Source of the DNA: a virus
Lineage: Duplodnaviria > Caudoviricetes
Direction: 5' to 3' (one strand)
Length of the DNA: 54,793 nt
IMG/VR virus record: IMGVR_UViG_3300012920_000001
Location: 1-54,793 of that record
The notes under the pieces are model-generated. The model worked only from the letters and a program-made list of their open reading frames with translations. It did no database searches and was not told where the DNA came from. Of this stretch, positions 46,339 to 54,793 are shown one piece after another (the stretch's first letter is position 1; every line of letters starts with the position of its first letter). Position numbers and translations under genes: made by a program.

Positions 46339-49300
46339 ATGCCTCCAGTATCTGATCAGCCATCATGTCAACTTTTTTGGCGTTGTAAACCCCACCCTTG
46401 GCAAATCGTAACTTTCCTTGAACCCCAATGAACTTTTCATCCGTCTGTGGATCATATCTTCCACCAAGTCTAATACTTCCGTCATCGGTCTGATAAGTTA
46501 TGCCACCCTGAGCTGGACCTGCTTGTAATTGTCCATAACTAAACAAATCTTGCAAGTTTTCCATTCCACCTTGGACACTCGCTGATGCATCTATCACTAA
46601 ATTATCGTTAATGTTTTTGACAATACCCAACTCGGCAAATCCTTGAATTTGGTCAAGTGGTAAAGTTTTCTGTGAAACTTTTTCACCGTCGAAAAACAAA
46701 ATGTCCCGATAGCTACGACCACCACTGACATCAATTCCACCCGTGGCTTGTGCTCCGAGAAAATGTTCGAACAAGTTATCAAAAAAACTTTGACCAACTG
46801 ATCCACCCTCTTGATAGCCACGTTTTTTCATCTCTTCTATCGAGGCTGAAATTGTATCTACGATTTCCGGTGTTATTTCTTGTCCCGGTACTTTGGTGCG
46901 TATCGTTTGAGATTTAGCTGATTCTGATTCAGGTTTGCCTCTAACCATTTTTCCTTCACGCTCTTTGTACAAATCCTGAAATAATTGACTTTGTGGCACA
47001 TCACGCTCAAGAGCACCCAAATATTTCCCAGCCATTTGTGTGTCGTATGTAGAGTGTGGTATTAGAGGATCGGTAATAATATCAGCTTCTAAATCTATTT
47101 CACCAATTGCTCCACCAAACATTCCGGGTGGTGAATCAAGTTGAGATCTGTCCGTTGTAGCAACCCTAGCTTTACCCGGAGACGGAAATCCGGCCTTCTG
47201 TGCTGGTTGTTTCTCCATCATTCTCATAAATTTTTTCCGCACTCTAGACGGTGCCTTAGCAATATAATCACGAAGATCCGGTGAATCTATTCCGGGCCAA
47301 TCCTTTACAGGTCTGAAATCTTTATCTTCACCAACTTGTTTTTTCATTAGAGCGTCAAAGGCTTTCATATCTTTTTTCTTCATGCCACCGCGAGTAATAG
47401 TCACGGCTGTCATTTCTGCAAGCAGCTCCGGTGTAAAATTGTTAAAGTCTAAAGCTCGGGGTGCCATTGTTCCCGTAATACCCACAACTTCTTTACCTGT
47501 TTCTCTCGCTTCTTCTAGAGCACGGTTTTTTAAACGAGCGATTATACTTTGACCCGATGCCCAAATGTTTGTTTCGGGATTATTTGGAAGACGCTTATTC
47601 TCCCCTATTTTTCCTGCATCGCCACGCATATAGTCTCTGCCGCCTTCTGTGAGAACAGGTGTTTCTAATTTGATGTTGTCTACGGCAGTAATTTTTTCAC
47701 CAAGGCTTGAACGATCTCCGTAAAAAGGGATTGCTATTTTCCCTTCCAAATCTTCTATACTGATTGTTTTCTTCGGTGCTAACTCAACTACTGATTCTGA
47801 TTCGACCTCAACCTCAGATGGTGGCTTGTCCATTTTGGTTGCCTGATATTTCAAAGGATCTAACTCTTCTTTGGTCAATCGAGAGTAATCGTCTTTGCCA
47901 GTGTCACCTACATCCCTTGGACCTTTACCGCCTCTACTCTCTGCACCCCTAACAATTTCTTCGGCACGGCTTTCGACAATGTTTGGATCGTATTGTTTCA
48001 GGGCTTTGCGTAAAGGTCTCGTTACACCTTTCAACACTTGACCCGCAACGGGTGCATACTCGGATGTTCCTAGAAGTGCAGCAGTTCCTGCCGCAAGGGC
48101 TGGCATATATTGACCAGCTTGAATATTCTTCAAAGCATCTATTGCGTCACTTCCAATATCTCGTGGATCAGTAGGAACAACAATGTCATATCCCAACAAC
48201 AAGGCATCTAAACTATCAATACGACCATCGTTATTATAGTCAGCAAGATTAGATCTCTGTTTGGTTACTTCTCTTTGGAAATCTCTTTCGTCCATGCCCA
48301 AGTCAAGCTCGACTGAACCACCCTCGGCATAAGTTACATCGGTCAGAAAGTCTTTACGCATCTTGTCCGTAATGTCCATTCGCCAATCACCGTTCGGTGT
48401 CTGGTATGGTTCTACGCCATACTTCTTACCGATCTTCTTGGCTTCCTTGACCATCACAGTGTCGTATAACTGTCTCGCACCTTTCGTTAGATTTCTTCCT
48501 TGATCGTCTATCGAATCTTTAACGACAGGTTTATCAAATGCAAAACCGAACTCTGCATCCGTGCCATAATTTGGATTATTATTGTAAGCGTCAGCTACTT
48601 CATCTCCATAATTCTCACGCAACCATTTGACTTCCCCGTGTTGCAAAGCAAATGCATCCACATAATCTTCTATTTCTTCTTCTTTTACCGGATCATAATA
48701 TTCAATTTTTCCCTCAGCAGGAGAATATCTGAACGACTCAATGTGCTTCACTTGATCACGGACACTTGCCGATTGATTGCCACTTATCCAACCAATGGCA
48801 TCGTCGGCATTATCAACACCCTCGTTGATTAATCGTTGCATTGCTAACTTGGGCCACTCTTTCAAAAATGGGAAGTCTTTAGGCACACCCGGTGGGGTAA
48901 CTATTCGGGCTAACAGCCTTCGTTTTGCTATCAGCCGATCTTTCTCAAATCGCAATTTTCCAACTTTGTTCTGGGCATCTCTGAGGGCAGGAAAATTTCC
49001 TTCCATTCGGTATTTAGGTGTAAACTGATTAGCTAGGTCTATAAGTTCTGTGACTTCTTGTATCTCTTCCCGTATTTCTTCTTCTACTTTTGCTTTATTT
49101 GCGAGGGTTATTTTTTGTTCGCCTAATTCATCGAAGGCACGCTGAATGTTTTCGGCTATCTCAGATGCATTACCCTTATAGGCTTCGTTTCTAGCAGGAT
49201 CACGGACGATTTCATTGTGCAAAACTATTTTAAGATTGTTTCTGTCTTCCAAAAGTCTTCGCGCATTTGTATCTATCGGAGTGTTGAGATCAAACTCGCC

Positions 49301-50560
49301 ATATTGAGCTTTTGCTATTGCAGTATCCGATTGCATCTCTTCCGCAAACGTCACGTTCTTCGGCTCTTCCATCCCTTTCTGGCCCGGAATAGCATTGTCT
49401 TGAAATCTATCGCTCCGTATATGAAATATTGTGTTTTCATACCCCCTGTAGTGTGGATTAGGCAAACTAAAGTAATTGCCACCTTGTGTGCGTATATTTT
49501 CTTTTTGATATTGGACTGCCATCTCCGGAGTTAGTCCCACGAGTAACTCTTGATACTCATCTGAGTCGATAGGATCATAATCAGGAGAAATCGACCTTGG
49601 TCTTCTCATGACTGTCGCATACTCTGGAACAACACCCGTGTCATCAAATTTTAATAGTTCTTCTCGGATAGCACCTGACTTTGGCGTTCTTCTCTGCAAC
49701 GCTTTTTGTAGGTACTCTGTCGTCACAGTATCGTCAGGTTTCTCGCCAGCCATCTCCTGTAACTTCGCTTGGTATCTTACATCTTCAAGTTCCGGTTCGA
49801 TAAATTGCTTCTCAGTTGGGCTGATGTCCTCAGTAAGTTTTCTTACTTGACCCACCGTCATTTTTTGTTGTGGACTGCTACCGAGTCTTTCTCCAAGTCG
49901 GCCCTTATAACTCGCAGCTTCTAACACGGAAGTATCCGGTAGTTTCTGTCCAACTTCCTGTAAGAAACTCTTGATCGGTCTGCCTATCGTGCTCGTAGCA
50001 AACTTCGCCCCCGGAATGTAATCCGCAGCCATCAACGTACCCAAGCCAGCCATTGCCATGCCCTTTGCAATGTCACCCTGTTTGATGTTACTGCCAGCTT
50101 GCTTTAATGCCCCAGCAATCTCGGTTGGGTAAGACGGACGTAAAAACTCATAGGCATCAATGATATCAATTCGTCCATCGTCGTTTAAATCAGCTAAGGC
50201 TCCACGTTGTTGTGTTACTAAACGATCACCCATTGCCTCGGATAGTGGGTCATCTCCGGTGACACCCAACACACGACCACCCTCGTTCCACTTTACCTTG
50301 TTAGCCCAGTACGCTGCCGAAGTCTTACCCTTAGCAATATTCTTTGCGTGTCTAGCCTTGAATGACTTACGTCTGGCCTTTTGTTTTTTGGATTCGCCCT
50401 TCTTAGGCTTGCCCGCCGTGCTCACACCTTGTTGACCAAACCGGATTAGTCTCTCGGTGCCATTGTCGTTGATCTTGACAACGTGAGATTTGGTTGGGTG
50501 GTTAGGCGTGCGTCTCGGTTTGTTTAATTGCAAACTATCTTTGAGAGACTTCTTGCTCAT
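46328..50560 (-). CDS. Large modular protein (1410 aa), candidate polyprotein/internal virion protein
   Basis: Basic DUF6321-like N-terminus; four aromatic-x-x-GG motifs; duplicated D.N.DGRID..D loop. Confidence 0.75.
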   Translation of the reverse strand: MSKKSLKDSLQLNKPRRTPNHPTKSHVVKINDNGTERLIRFGQQGVSTAGKPKKGESKKQKARRKSFKARHAKNIAKGKTSAAYWANKVKWNEGGRVLGVTGDDPLSEAMGDRLVTQQRGALADLNDDGRIDIIDAYEFLRPSYPTEIAGALKQAGSNIKQGDIAKGMAMAGLGTLMAADYIPGAKFATSTIGRPIKSFLQEVGQKLPDTSVLEAASYKGRLGERLGSSPQQKMTVGQVRKLTEDISPTEKQFIEPELEDVRYQAKLQEMAGEKPDDTVTTEYLQKALQRRTPKSGAIREELLKFDDTGVVPEYATVMRRPRSISPDYDPIDSDEYQELLVGLTPEMAVQYQKENIRTQGGNYFSLPNPHYRGYENTIFHIRSDRFQDNAIPGQKGMEEPKNVTFAEEMQSDTAIAKAQYGEFDLNTPIDTNARRLLEDRNNLKIVLHNEIVRDPARNEAYKGNASEIAENIQRAFDELGEQKITLANKAKVEEEIREEIQEVTELIDLANQFTPKYRMEGNFPALRDAQNKVGKLRFEKDRLIAKRRLLARIVTPPGVPKDFPFLKEWPKLAMQRLINEGVDNADDAIGWISGNQSASVRDQVKHIESFRYSPAEGKIEYYDPVKEEEIEDYVDAFALQHGEVKWLRENYGDEVADAYNNNPNYGTDAEFGFAFDKPVVKDSIDDQGRNLTKGARQLYDTVMVKEAKKIGKKYGVEPYQTPNGDWRMDITDKMRKDFLTDVTYAEGGSVELDLGMDERDFQREVTKQRSNLADYNNDGRIDSLDALLLGYDIVVPTDPRDIGSDAIDALKNIQAGQYMPALAAGTAALLGTSEYAPVAGQVLKGVTRPLRKALKQYDPNIVESRAEEIVRGAESRGGKGPRDVGDTGKDDYSRLTKEELDPLKYQATKMDKPPSEVEVESESVVELAPKKTISIEDLEGKIAIPFYGDRSSLGEKITAVDNIKLETPVLTEGGRDYMRGDAGKIGENKRLPNNPETNIWASGQSIIARLKNRALEEARETGKEVVGITGTMAPRALDFNNFTPELLAEMTAVTITRGGMKKKDMKAFDALMKKQVGEDKDFRPVKDWPGIDSPDLRDYIAKAPSRVRKKFMRMMEKQPAQKAGFPSPGKARVATTDRSQLDSPPGMFGGAIGEIDLEADIITDPLIPHSTYDTQMAGKYLGALERDVPQSQLFQDLYKEREGKMVRGKPESESAKSQTIRTKVPGQEITPEIVDTISASIEEMKKRGYQEGGSVGQSFFDNLFEHFLGAQATGGIDVSGGRSYRDILFFDGEKVSQKTLPLDQIQGFAELGIVKNINDNLVIDASASVQGGMENLQDLFSYGQLQAGPAQGGITYQTDDGSIRLGGRYDPQTDEKFIGVQGKLRFAKGGVYNAKKVDMMADQILEAYDV

Positions 50561-50562
50561 AA

Positions 50563-51705
50563 TTATTCGCCACCACCGCCACTGCCAATTCCACCAAAAG
50601 GACCGTCATCGTCATTTCCACTGGTCAACCCCGGATAGCCGGGGGAATTGAACTGCAATTTATCCATTTGTTGAAAGAGTTGTTCTTGGGTGGGAGCGTT
50701 AAACTCCATTGGAGACGGTACACTTCTGTCTTTGCGAGTGCCAGTTTGATCGCTTGTATCATAGGGGTTTCTGTTAATGTCTCCTGTATACATGGCTCGA
50801 AATGTATTTAGAAGAGCGAGGGGATTGACTGTGGGAACAGCGGCAGCTTGCTGAAAGGCGTTTGGCATATCGGCAATCATCTGTTGAACACTGTCATAAC
50901 CTGTTCCAGTGGGTCCACCTAAACTGATTTCCTCTGAACCACCCGTACCATCGACGTTGATATCAGGTGACAAAGTCTCGATGTTGTACTTCTTGGCAAG
51001 TTCCAACAAATCTCTAGCTTGTTTGTCGGCATACGATTCACCCTCACCCGTAATACCCATCTGATCATACGCCTCAAACAACGCCTCGTTACCGCCAAAA
51101 ATTTCGAACCCAGTAACGCCTACCCTATTTGGAGTAAACATAAAGCGCATAACCTCATCCACCCGACCCGGAGCTTTATCTTCATTAGTGCTACCACCAT
51201 CAAAACGATCAATCAACCTATCGTAAAGATTCTGATTGATACCTGATGTATACTTTGCAAAATCTTCAATCGTGTTTACACCAGTATTGAACTCTGGCCT
51301 CATGTCACCTTCCGTTCCCGGATCATCCATATCGTAAGTGTTTGCCATAATGTTTGCAAAGTTCTTCATGCGAGGATCGATTATCCCAAACCCCTCACGC
51401 CCTTCTTGCTTACCAAAGTTCAGGTAATGTTGTCGGGCTACATTCTCAATAAACGATGTCGCGCCTATCGGGTTGGTCCGTAGTCGCTCGTTGTCTCGCG
51501 ATGCAATAGCTAGTTGTTCTTTAGCGTTTTGCATAACGTCAGGGTTAGCCGCAAGGTATTGCATCTCTCTACTAGCTGGTGGCTTGTTAGCTAGTATCTG
51601 TTCTTGTTGCGCCGCAAACTGTCGGAACTTTTCCATGTCGATTTCGCCCGTGACCGGATCTTGTCCGTAGGCATCTTCGACTGATATGAGGTCAGCTACC
51701 ACCAT
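50563..51705 (-). CDS. Hypothetical acidic protein with YLxxNPDV...HY..FG..EGR module
   Basis: AGGAG RBS; motif shared with 17190-19316. Confidence 0.65.
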   Translation of the reverse strand: MVVADLISVEDAYGQDPVTGEIDMEKFRQFAAQQEQILANKPPASREMQYLAANPDVMQNAKEQLAIASRDNERLRTNPIGATSFIENVARQHYLNFGKQEGREGFGIIDPRMKNFANIMANTYDMDDPGTEGDMRPEFNTGVNTIEDFAKYTSGINQNLYDRLIDRFDGGSTNEDKAPGRVDEVMRFMFTPNRVGVTGFEIFGGNEALFEAYDQMGITGEGESYADKQARDLLELAKKYNIETLSPDINVDGTGGSEEISLGGPTGTGYDSVQQMIADMPNAFQQAAAVPTVNPLALLNTFRAMYTGDINRNPYDTSDQTGTRKDRSVPSPMEFNAPTQEQLFQQMDKLQFNSPGYPGLTSGNDDDGPFGGIGSGGGGE

Positions 51706-51714
51706 GTCGTTCTC

Positions 51715-53304
51715 CTAGACCGCATAAGGATTGATCCTCGGCTTGTCGGGCTTAATAGGCTCATCGATATCCATAGCCTGCGGTAGCTCAAACCAGTGAT
51801 CATTTTTGAGATATATCATAGCTTGAGTAAATGTGTCTACATAATCATCATGTGCGGCCACTGGGAATTTAGTCAACTCGTTGTAAAAGTCGTTGGCCCA
51901 ACTAACCCGATGGCCCGGATTTTTTTTACTCTCCGGTATCCACACCATGCCCAGTTCCAAGATCGGTGCGGCCTGATGTGCTCGACTGACTTTGTCTGCG
52001 TTGTGTGGGTTGTACCCCACGGCAGGTACCTTAGCCAATCGCAAATCCTGTAGGAGTGATTGCCCACTGGCCTTGGCCTCGACCAATATCCGATCCGGTC
52101 TTCGTGCTCGGCTGTATGGGCTATCCTTACTCATCCCCCCATACTCCGTGTTCCAATCCTTGATCGCTCTGGCCCGAAGGTCTGGATAGGTCAGGTGCTC
52201 GGACCATGCGTCGATCAACATCACGCCCCTCTCGCCCTCGTGGGTAAACATTGCCCAGACCGTGCAGGCTGTCGGGTCACCCGTTGTCTTTTCCGTAAAG
52301 GCACAGTCATAACTTTGTAGGATATACTCAAACGGTGGTAGCCCCTGATCGTGAGGCCACAACTCAAAAAACTGGGTTCGTAGGATACCGCCCTCGCTCG
52401 GTGTCGGGTCTTGTTGCAACTGGCCTGCCGTGCCATACGTTCCCAACAACTGCTTGAGTTCGGTGATCTCCTTCTCGCCAAACCGTTCCGGACAAATCAG
52501 TTCACCCTCGACTTGCCGTGGGTCATATACTCCGAGGACCGACCGCCTCGGTACACCATCCCACTCGGCTGGGATCATCAAATGTTCCCAACCTCCGATG
52601 TCATCCAAGATGTGGCCTGAGATATCTCGGTCATGCAGTCGTTGCATGATGGTGACCATTGCGTCATTGCGCGGATCGTTCAGTCGGGTGGACCACACCA
52701 TGTCGAACCAATCCAGTGCGCTCTCTCGGATTGTATCTGACTGCGCTTCTTGTGCGGAGTGCGGATCGTCAAGGATCAGTCTCGATCCCCCTTCACCCGT
52801 TGCCGTACCACCAACCGATGTGGCGAGTCGGTATCCGGTCTTGTCGTTCTCGAATCTTTGCTTGGCGTTCTGATCGCCTGACAGCTTGAACATATGGCCC
52901 CAACGTTCCTGATACCACGGGGATTGGACAAGTCTCCGCGCCTTGAGGTTGTCTCGTATGCTGAGATTGCCTGAGTAACTCGCGCATAGGAACTTCTGGT
53001 CCGGTTGAGTCAGCCACTCCCACATGGGCCACATCACACTAACTATCGTGCTCTTACTATGTCGAGGTGGTATGTTGATAAGCAACTTTTGTATCTCGCC
53101 ATCACTGACTGCTTCCAAGTGTTCGCATATCTCTTCGATGTGCCACGACTCGATAAACTTTACGCCCGGTTCTACAACGTGCCAGCTTTGTTTGACGAAC
53201 TCGTAAAGCGAAGCACTCGCCGCCCGTCTCTCTTTCTCTATCCGGATGAGATCGCGCAGTACAGCAGGACTTGTTGTGTTTACATTCTCAGCTAGACTCA
53301 TCAC
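51715..53304 (-). CDS. terL: Terminase large subunit
   Basis: INIPPRHSKS, GTATGEGG, ILDDPH, IMQRLH, QSYDCA, VEAKASG, HDDYVD. Confidence 0.95.
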   Translation of the reverse strand: MMSLAENVNTTSPAVLRDLIRIEKERRAASASLYEFVKQSWHVVEPGVKFIESWHIEEICEHLEAVSDGEIQKLLINIPPRHSKSTIVSVMWPMWEWLTQPDQKFLCASYSGNLSIRDNLKARRLVQSPWYQERWGHMFKLSGDQNAKQRFENDKTGYRLATSVGGTATGEGGSRLILDDPHSAQEAQSDTIRESALDWFDMVWSTRLNDPRNDAMVTIMQRLHDRDISGHILDDIGGWEHLMIPAEWDGVPRRSVLGVYDPRQVEGELICPERFGEKEITELKQLLGTYGTAGQLQQDPTPSEGGILRTQFFELWPHDQGLPPFEYILQSYDCAFTEKTTGDPTACTVWAMFTHEGERGVMLIDAWSEHLTYPDLRARAIKDWNTEYGGMSKDSPYSRARRPDRILVEAKASGQSLLQDLRLAKVPAVGYNPHNADKVSRAHQAAPILELGMVWIPESKKNPGHRVSWANDFYNELTKFPVAAHDDYVDTFTQAMIYLKNDHWFELPQAMDIDEPIKPDKPRINPYAV

Positions 53305-53920
53305 CCCCTACCTTGTCGAGCAGTCGTTGCATATCATCAAGCTCGGAGTCTGACAAGTTCCGCAAGTCTACCGCTTGCAATTGGATCGGCCCCCCGTCCT
53401 TGCCTGTATGTTCCGTTTGGATTTTATCTCCATACACTTTGGGAAGCATCTTACTTAGCATCCACTTCCTTGTGTCAACACGGAGTCGGTTGCGTTGGAT
53501 CGCCTCGGAGCTTAGACGTTCCCTCACACCATGCTCATCGGTGGTGTAGTTCTCATCTGCTATCGCTACGATCTCATCAGCTAATAGCTCGTAGGCCATC
53601 TGCCTCGCGTGCGCGTATTGTTCCGCTAAAAAAGAGTCGGCCCCAATCCAATCGAGGAAAGTTGAAGCTGACGGAAGTTTGTCATCGGCATCAAGAATTG
53701 AGCGTAGAGATTTACCGAGAGCAAGTTCCGAGCATACTAATTTAGTGATAGCTTCCCTGTCATACTGTCTCGCATTAGGACGTTGTGAGTTCTTCTTATA
53801 TGTTCGGATTTTTTTGTCTGACATTTCAGATTCCGAACATATAGGAGTTTTAACCAATTTTAAGTCAGGTTTTTTTGATGACTTTTTGCTCTTGTTTTTA
53901 TCGTTATTTTTGTCTGCCAT
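53288..53920 (-). CDS. terS: Terminase small subunit
   Basis: GKSLRSI...LPS..TF..W, QYA.AR, ADEIV.IAD, RLRVDTRKW.LSK..PK.YGDK. Confidence 0.85.
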   Translation of the reverse strand: MADKNNDKNKSKKSSKKPDLKLVKTPICSESEMSDKKIRTYKKNSQRPNARQYDREAITKLVCSELALGKSLRSILDADDKLPSASTFLDWIGADSFLAEQYAHARQMAYELLADEIVAIADENYTTDEHGVRERLSSEAIQRNRLRVDTRKWMLSKMLPKVYGDKIQTEHTGKDGGPIQLQAVDLRNLSDSELDDMQRLLDKVGGDESS

Positions 53921-53945
53921 TTTTATGCTCCAAATAGCCGTTTGA

Positions 53946-54121
53946 TCGTTCTGTTTTGACTATAGTAAAAACGAACAGAACGAACGTATCTAATCATCGA
54001 CGTGAGAGGGCTACAAAATAGCCCCTCTCTCTGACGATTGATGACTTCAGAATTACCACCATTTATATATGTTCCAAAAAAACCGAACATTTAGAAAAAA
54101 AACCGAACATTTAGAACATTT
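53946..54121. repeat. Non-coding cluster of inverted and direct repeats upstream of terS
   Basis: TCGTTCTGTT/AACAGAACGA inverted repeat; GAGAGGGCTA/TAGCCCCTCTC hairpin; AAAAAAACCGAACATTTAG twice. Confidence 0.7.
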
Positions 54122-54125
54122 ACCA

Positions 54126-54572
54126 TTATTTATAGAACTTATGGTTGTTGATAGTCAGTATATATTTATAGGGCCATTTGGGGTCAATAGACGTAGCGTG
54201 GTAATACAGTGCCCCCTCGGTGATATCAACACTTAGGCCGTAGCTATACCACGCCTCCTCAGCAATTTTCATCGCTTGAGAAAATGCCCTCTGGTTCTTT
54301 GGTACATCACTTTTTCCGTCGCAATAATATGAAAACTGACATTTGTTTCTCAGTGGAGCGTTAGCGTCCCACTTTAAGGTTGGCCCTTGCGTCACGACCT
54401 CGCAGATGGTGTTAGGCCATCGCGGGTCATGTAGCCGATTAATCACAGTTAGTGCAACACCTAGCATTCCTGCGTGACCTTCACCTCTGGCCTCATGGTA
54501 CACTGTTACTGCCAAACAAGTCAGTTGCATCCCAATACTTAATACTGTTGCCTCTAACATTTCATTCTCCAT
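54126..54572 (-). CDS. SleB-like cell wall hydrolase (Hydrolase_2 family)
   Basis: CLA..VYHEARGE, VA..VINR, PNTICEVV, CQFS.YCDGKSD, GALYYHA, H.FY. Confidence 0.9.
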   Translation of the reverse strand: MENEMLEATVLSIGMQLTCLAVTVYHEARGEGHAGMLGVALTVINRLHDPRWPNTICEVVTQGPTLKWDANAPLRNKCQFSYYCDGKSDVPKNQRAFSQAMKIAEEAWYSYGLSVDITEGALYYHATSIDPKWPYKYILTINNHKFYK

Positions 54573-54578
54573 TCTCAG

Positions 54579-54767
54579 TTATACAATTATATCTACTATT
54601 AAACCCCTTCTGGATGCAATAGGTGGTGGTGGGAGCTTTAGGTTTAGCTCCGGTGCTGTTGTGGCTTGACCTTTCCGCGCCTCAACTTGGTGCCGATAGA
54701 CTGCTTGCTGTATCACTTCTACTCCACTTGGATAGAACCCGAAGTACGGCACAATGTTTTCGGACAC
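54579..54767 (-). CDS. Hypothetical protein
   Basis: Coupled across the circular junction to the 97-276 gene; ends RGLIVDIIV. Confidence 0.5.
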   Translation of the reverse strand: MSENIVPYFGFYPSGVEVIQQAVYRHQVEARKGQATTAPELNLKLPPPPIASRRGLIVDIIV

Positions 54768-54793
54768 TAATCCTCAAGTTCGTTCTTTGTCTC
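54671..54793. repeat. Exact direct repeat of bases 1-123
   Basis: Sequence identity with the window start. Confidence 0.95.

Noticed and set aside
13752-53945. Numerous plus-strand ORFs opposite late genes (e.g. 32658-33209, 33672-34163, 45986-46411, 52430-52873)
   Set aside because: Antisense shadows of well-supported genes with no RBS or recognisable motifs.
1-54793. Alternative genetic code, tRNA genes, integrase or prophage boundaries
   Set aside because: Core genes are full length in the standard code, gaps are small, and no cloverleaf, recombinase motif or host gene was seen.

Overview
The window is most likely a complete, circularly assembled genome (about 54,670 bp; bases 1-123 repeat exactly at 54671-54793) of a lytic, short-tailed (podovirus-like) dsDNA phage. 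Gene content resembles marine HTVC010P-like phages of Proteobacteria; the host is not determinable from sequence. Modules: (i) leftward early genes, SF2 helicase and primase-polymerase/helicase (97-6495); (ii) rightward replication/recombination operon with family-B DNA polymerase, Sak4-like ATPase, SSB, Cas4-like exonuclease and RuvC-like resolvase (6777-11714); (iii) a leftward zinc-finger + Mom-like cassette; (iv) one long leftward late region: terminases, internal proteins, portal, GroES, scaffold, capsid, tail, three paralogous putative receptor-binding proteins, ejection proteins and lysis genes. No integrase, tRNA, rRNA or CRISPR array was seen. Best leads: (1) a recurring [YFWM]-x-x-G-G motif at apparent module boundaries of five late proteins, suggesting a polyprotein-processing or capsid-loading system with no recognisable protease; (2) four sigma70-type promoters sharing a palindromic CTACTCCGGAGTAG spacer element, a likely regulon that includes the Mom-like gene; (3) a pseudoknotted RNA element downstream of the capsid gene and a twin-hairpin leader upstream of the polymerase operon; (4) three tail/decoration proteins built from one scaffold with swappable beta-propeller-like inserts. 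All family assignments are from motif recognition by eye, not database searches.
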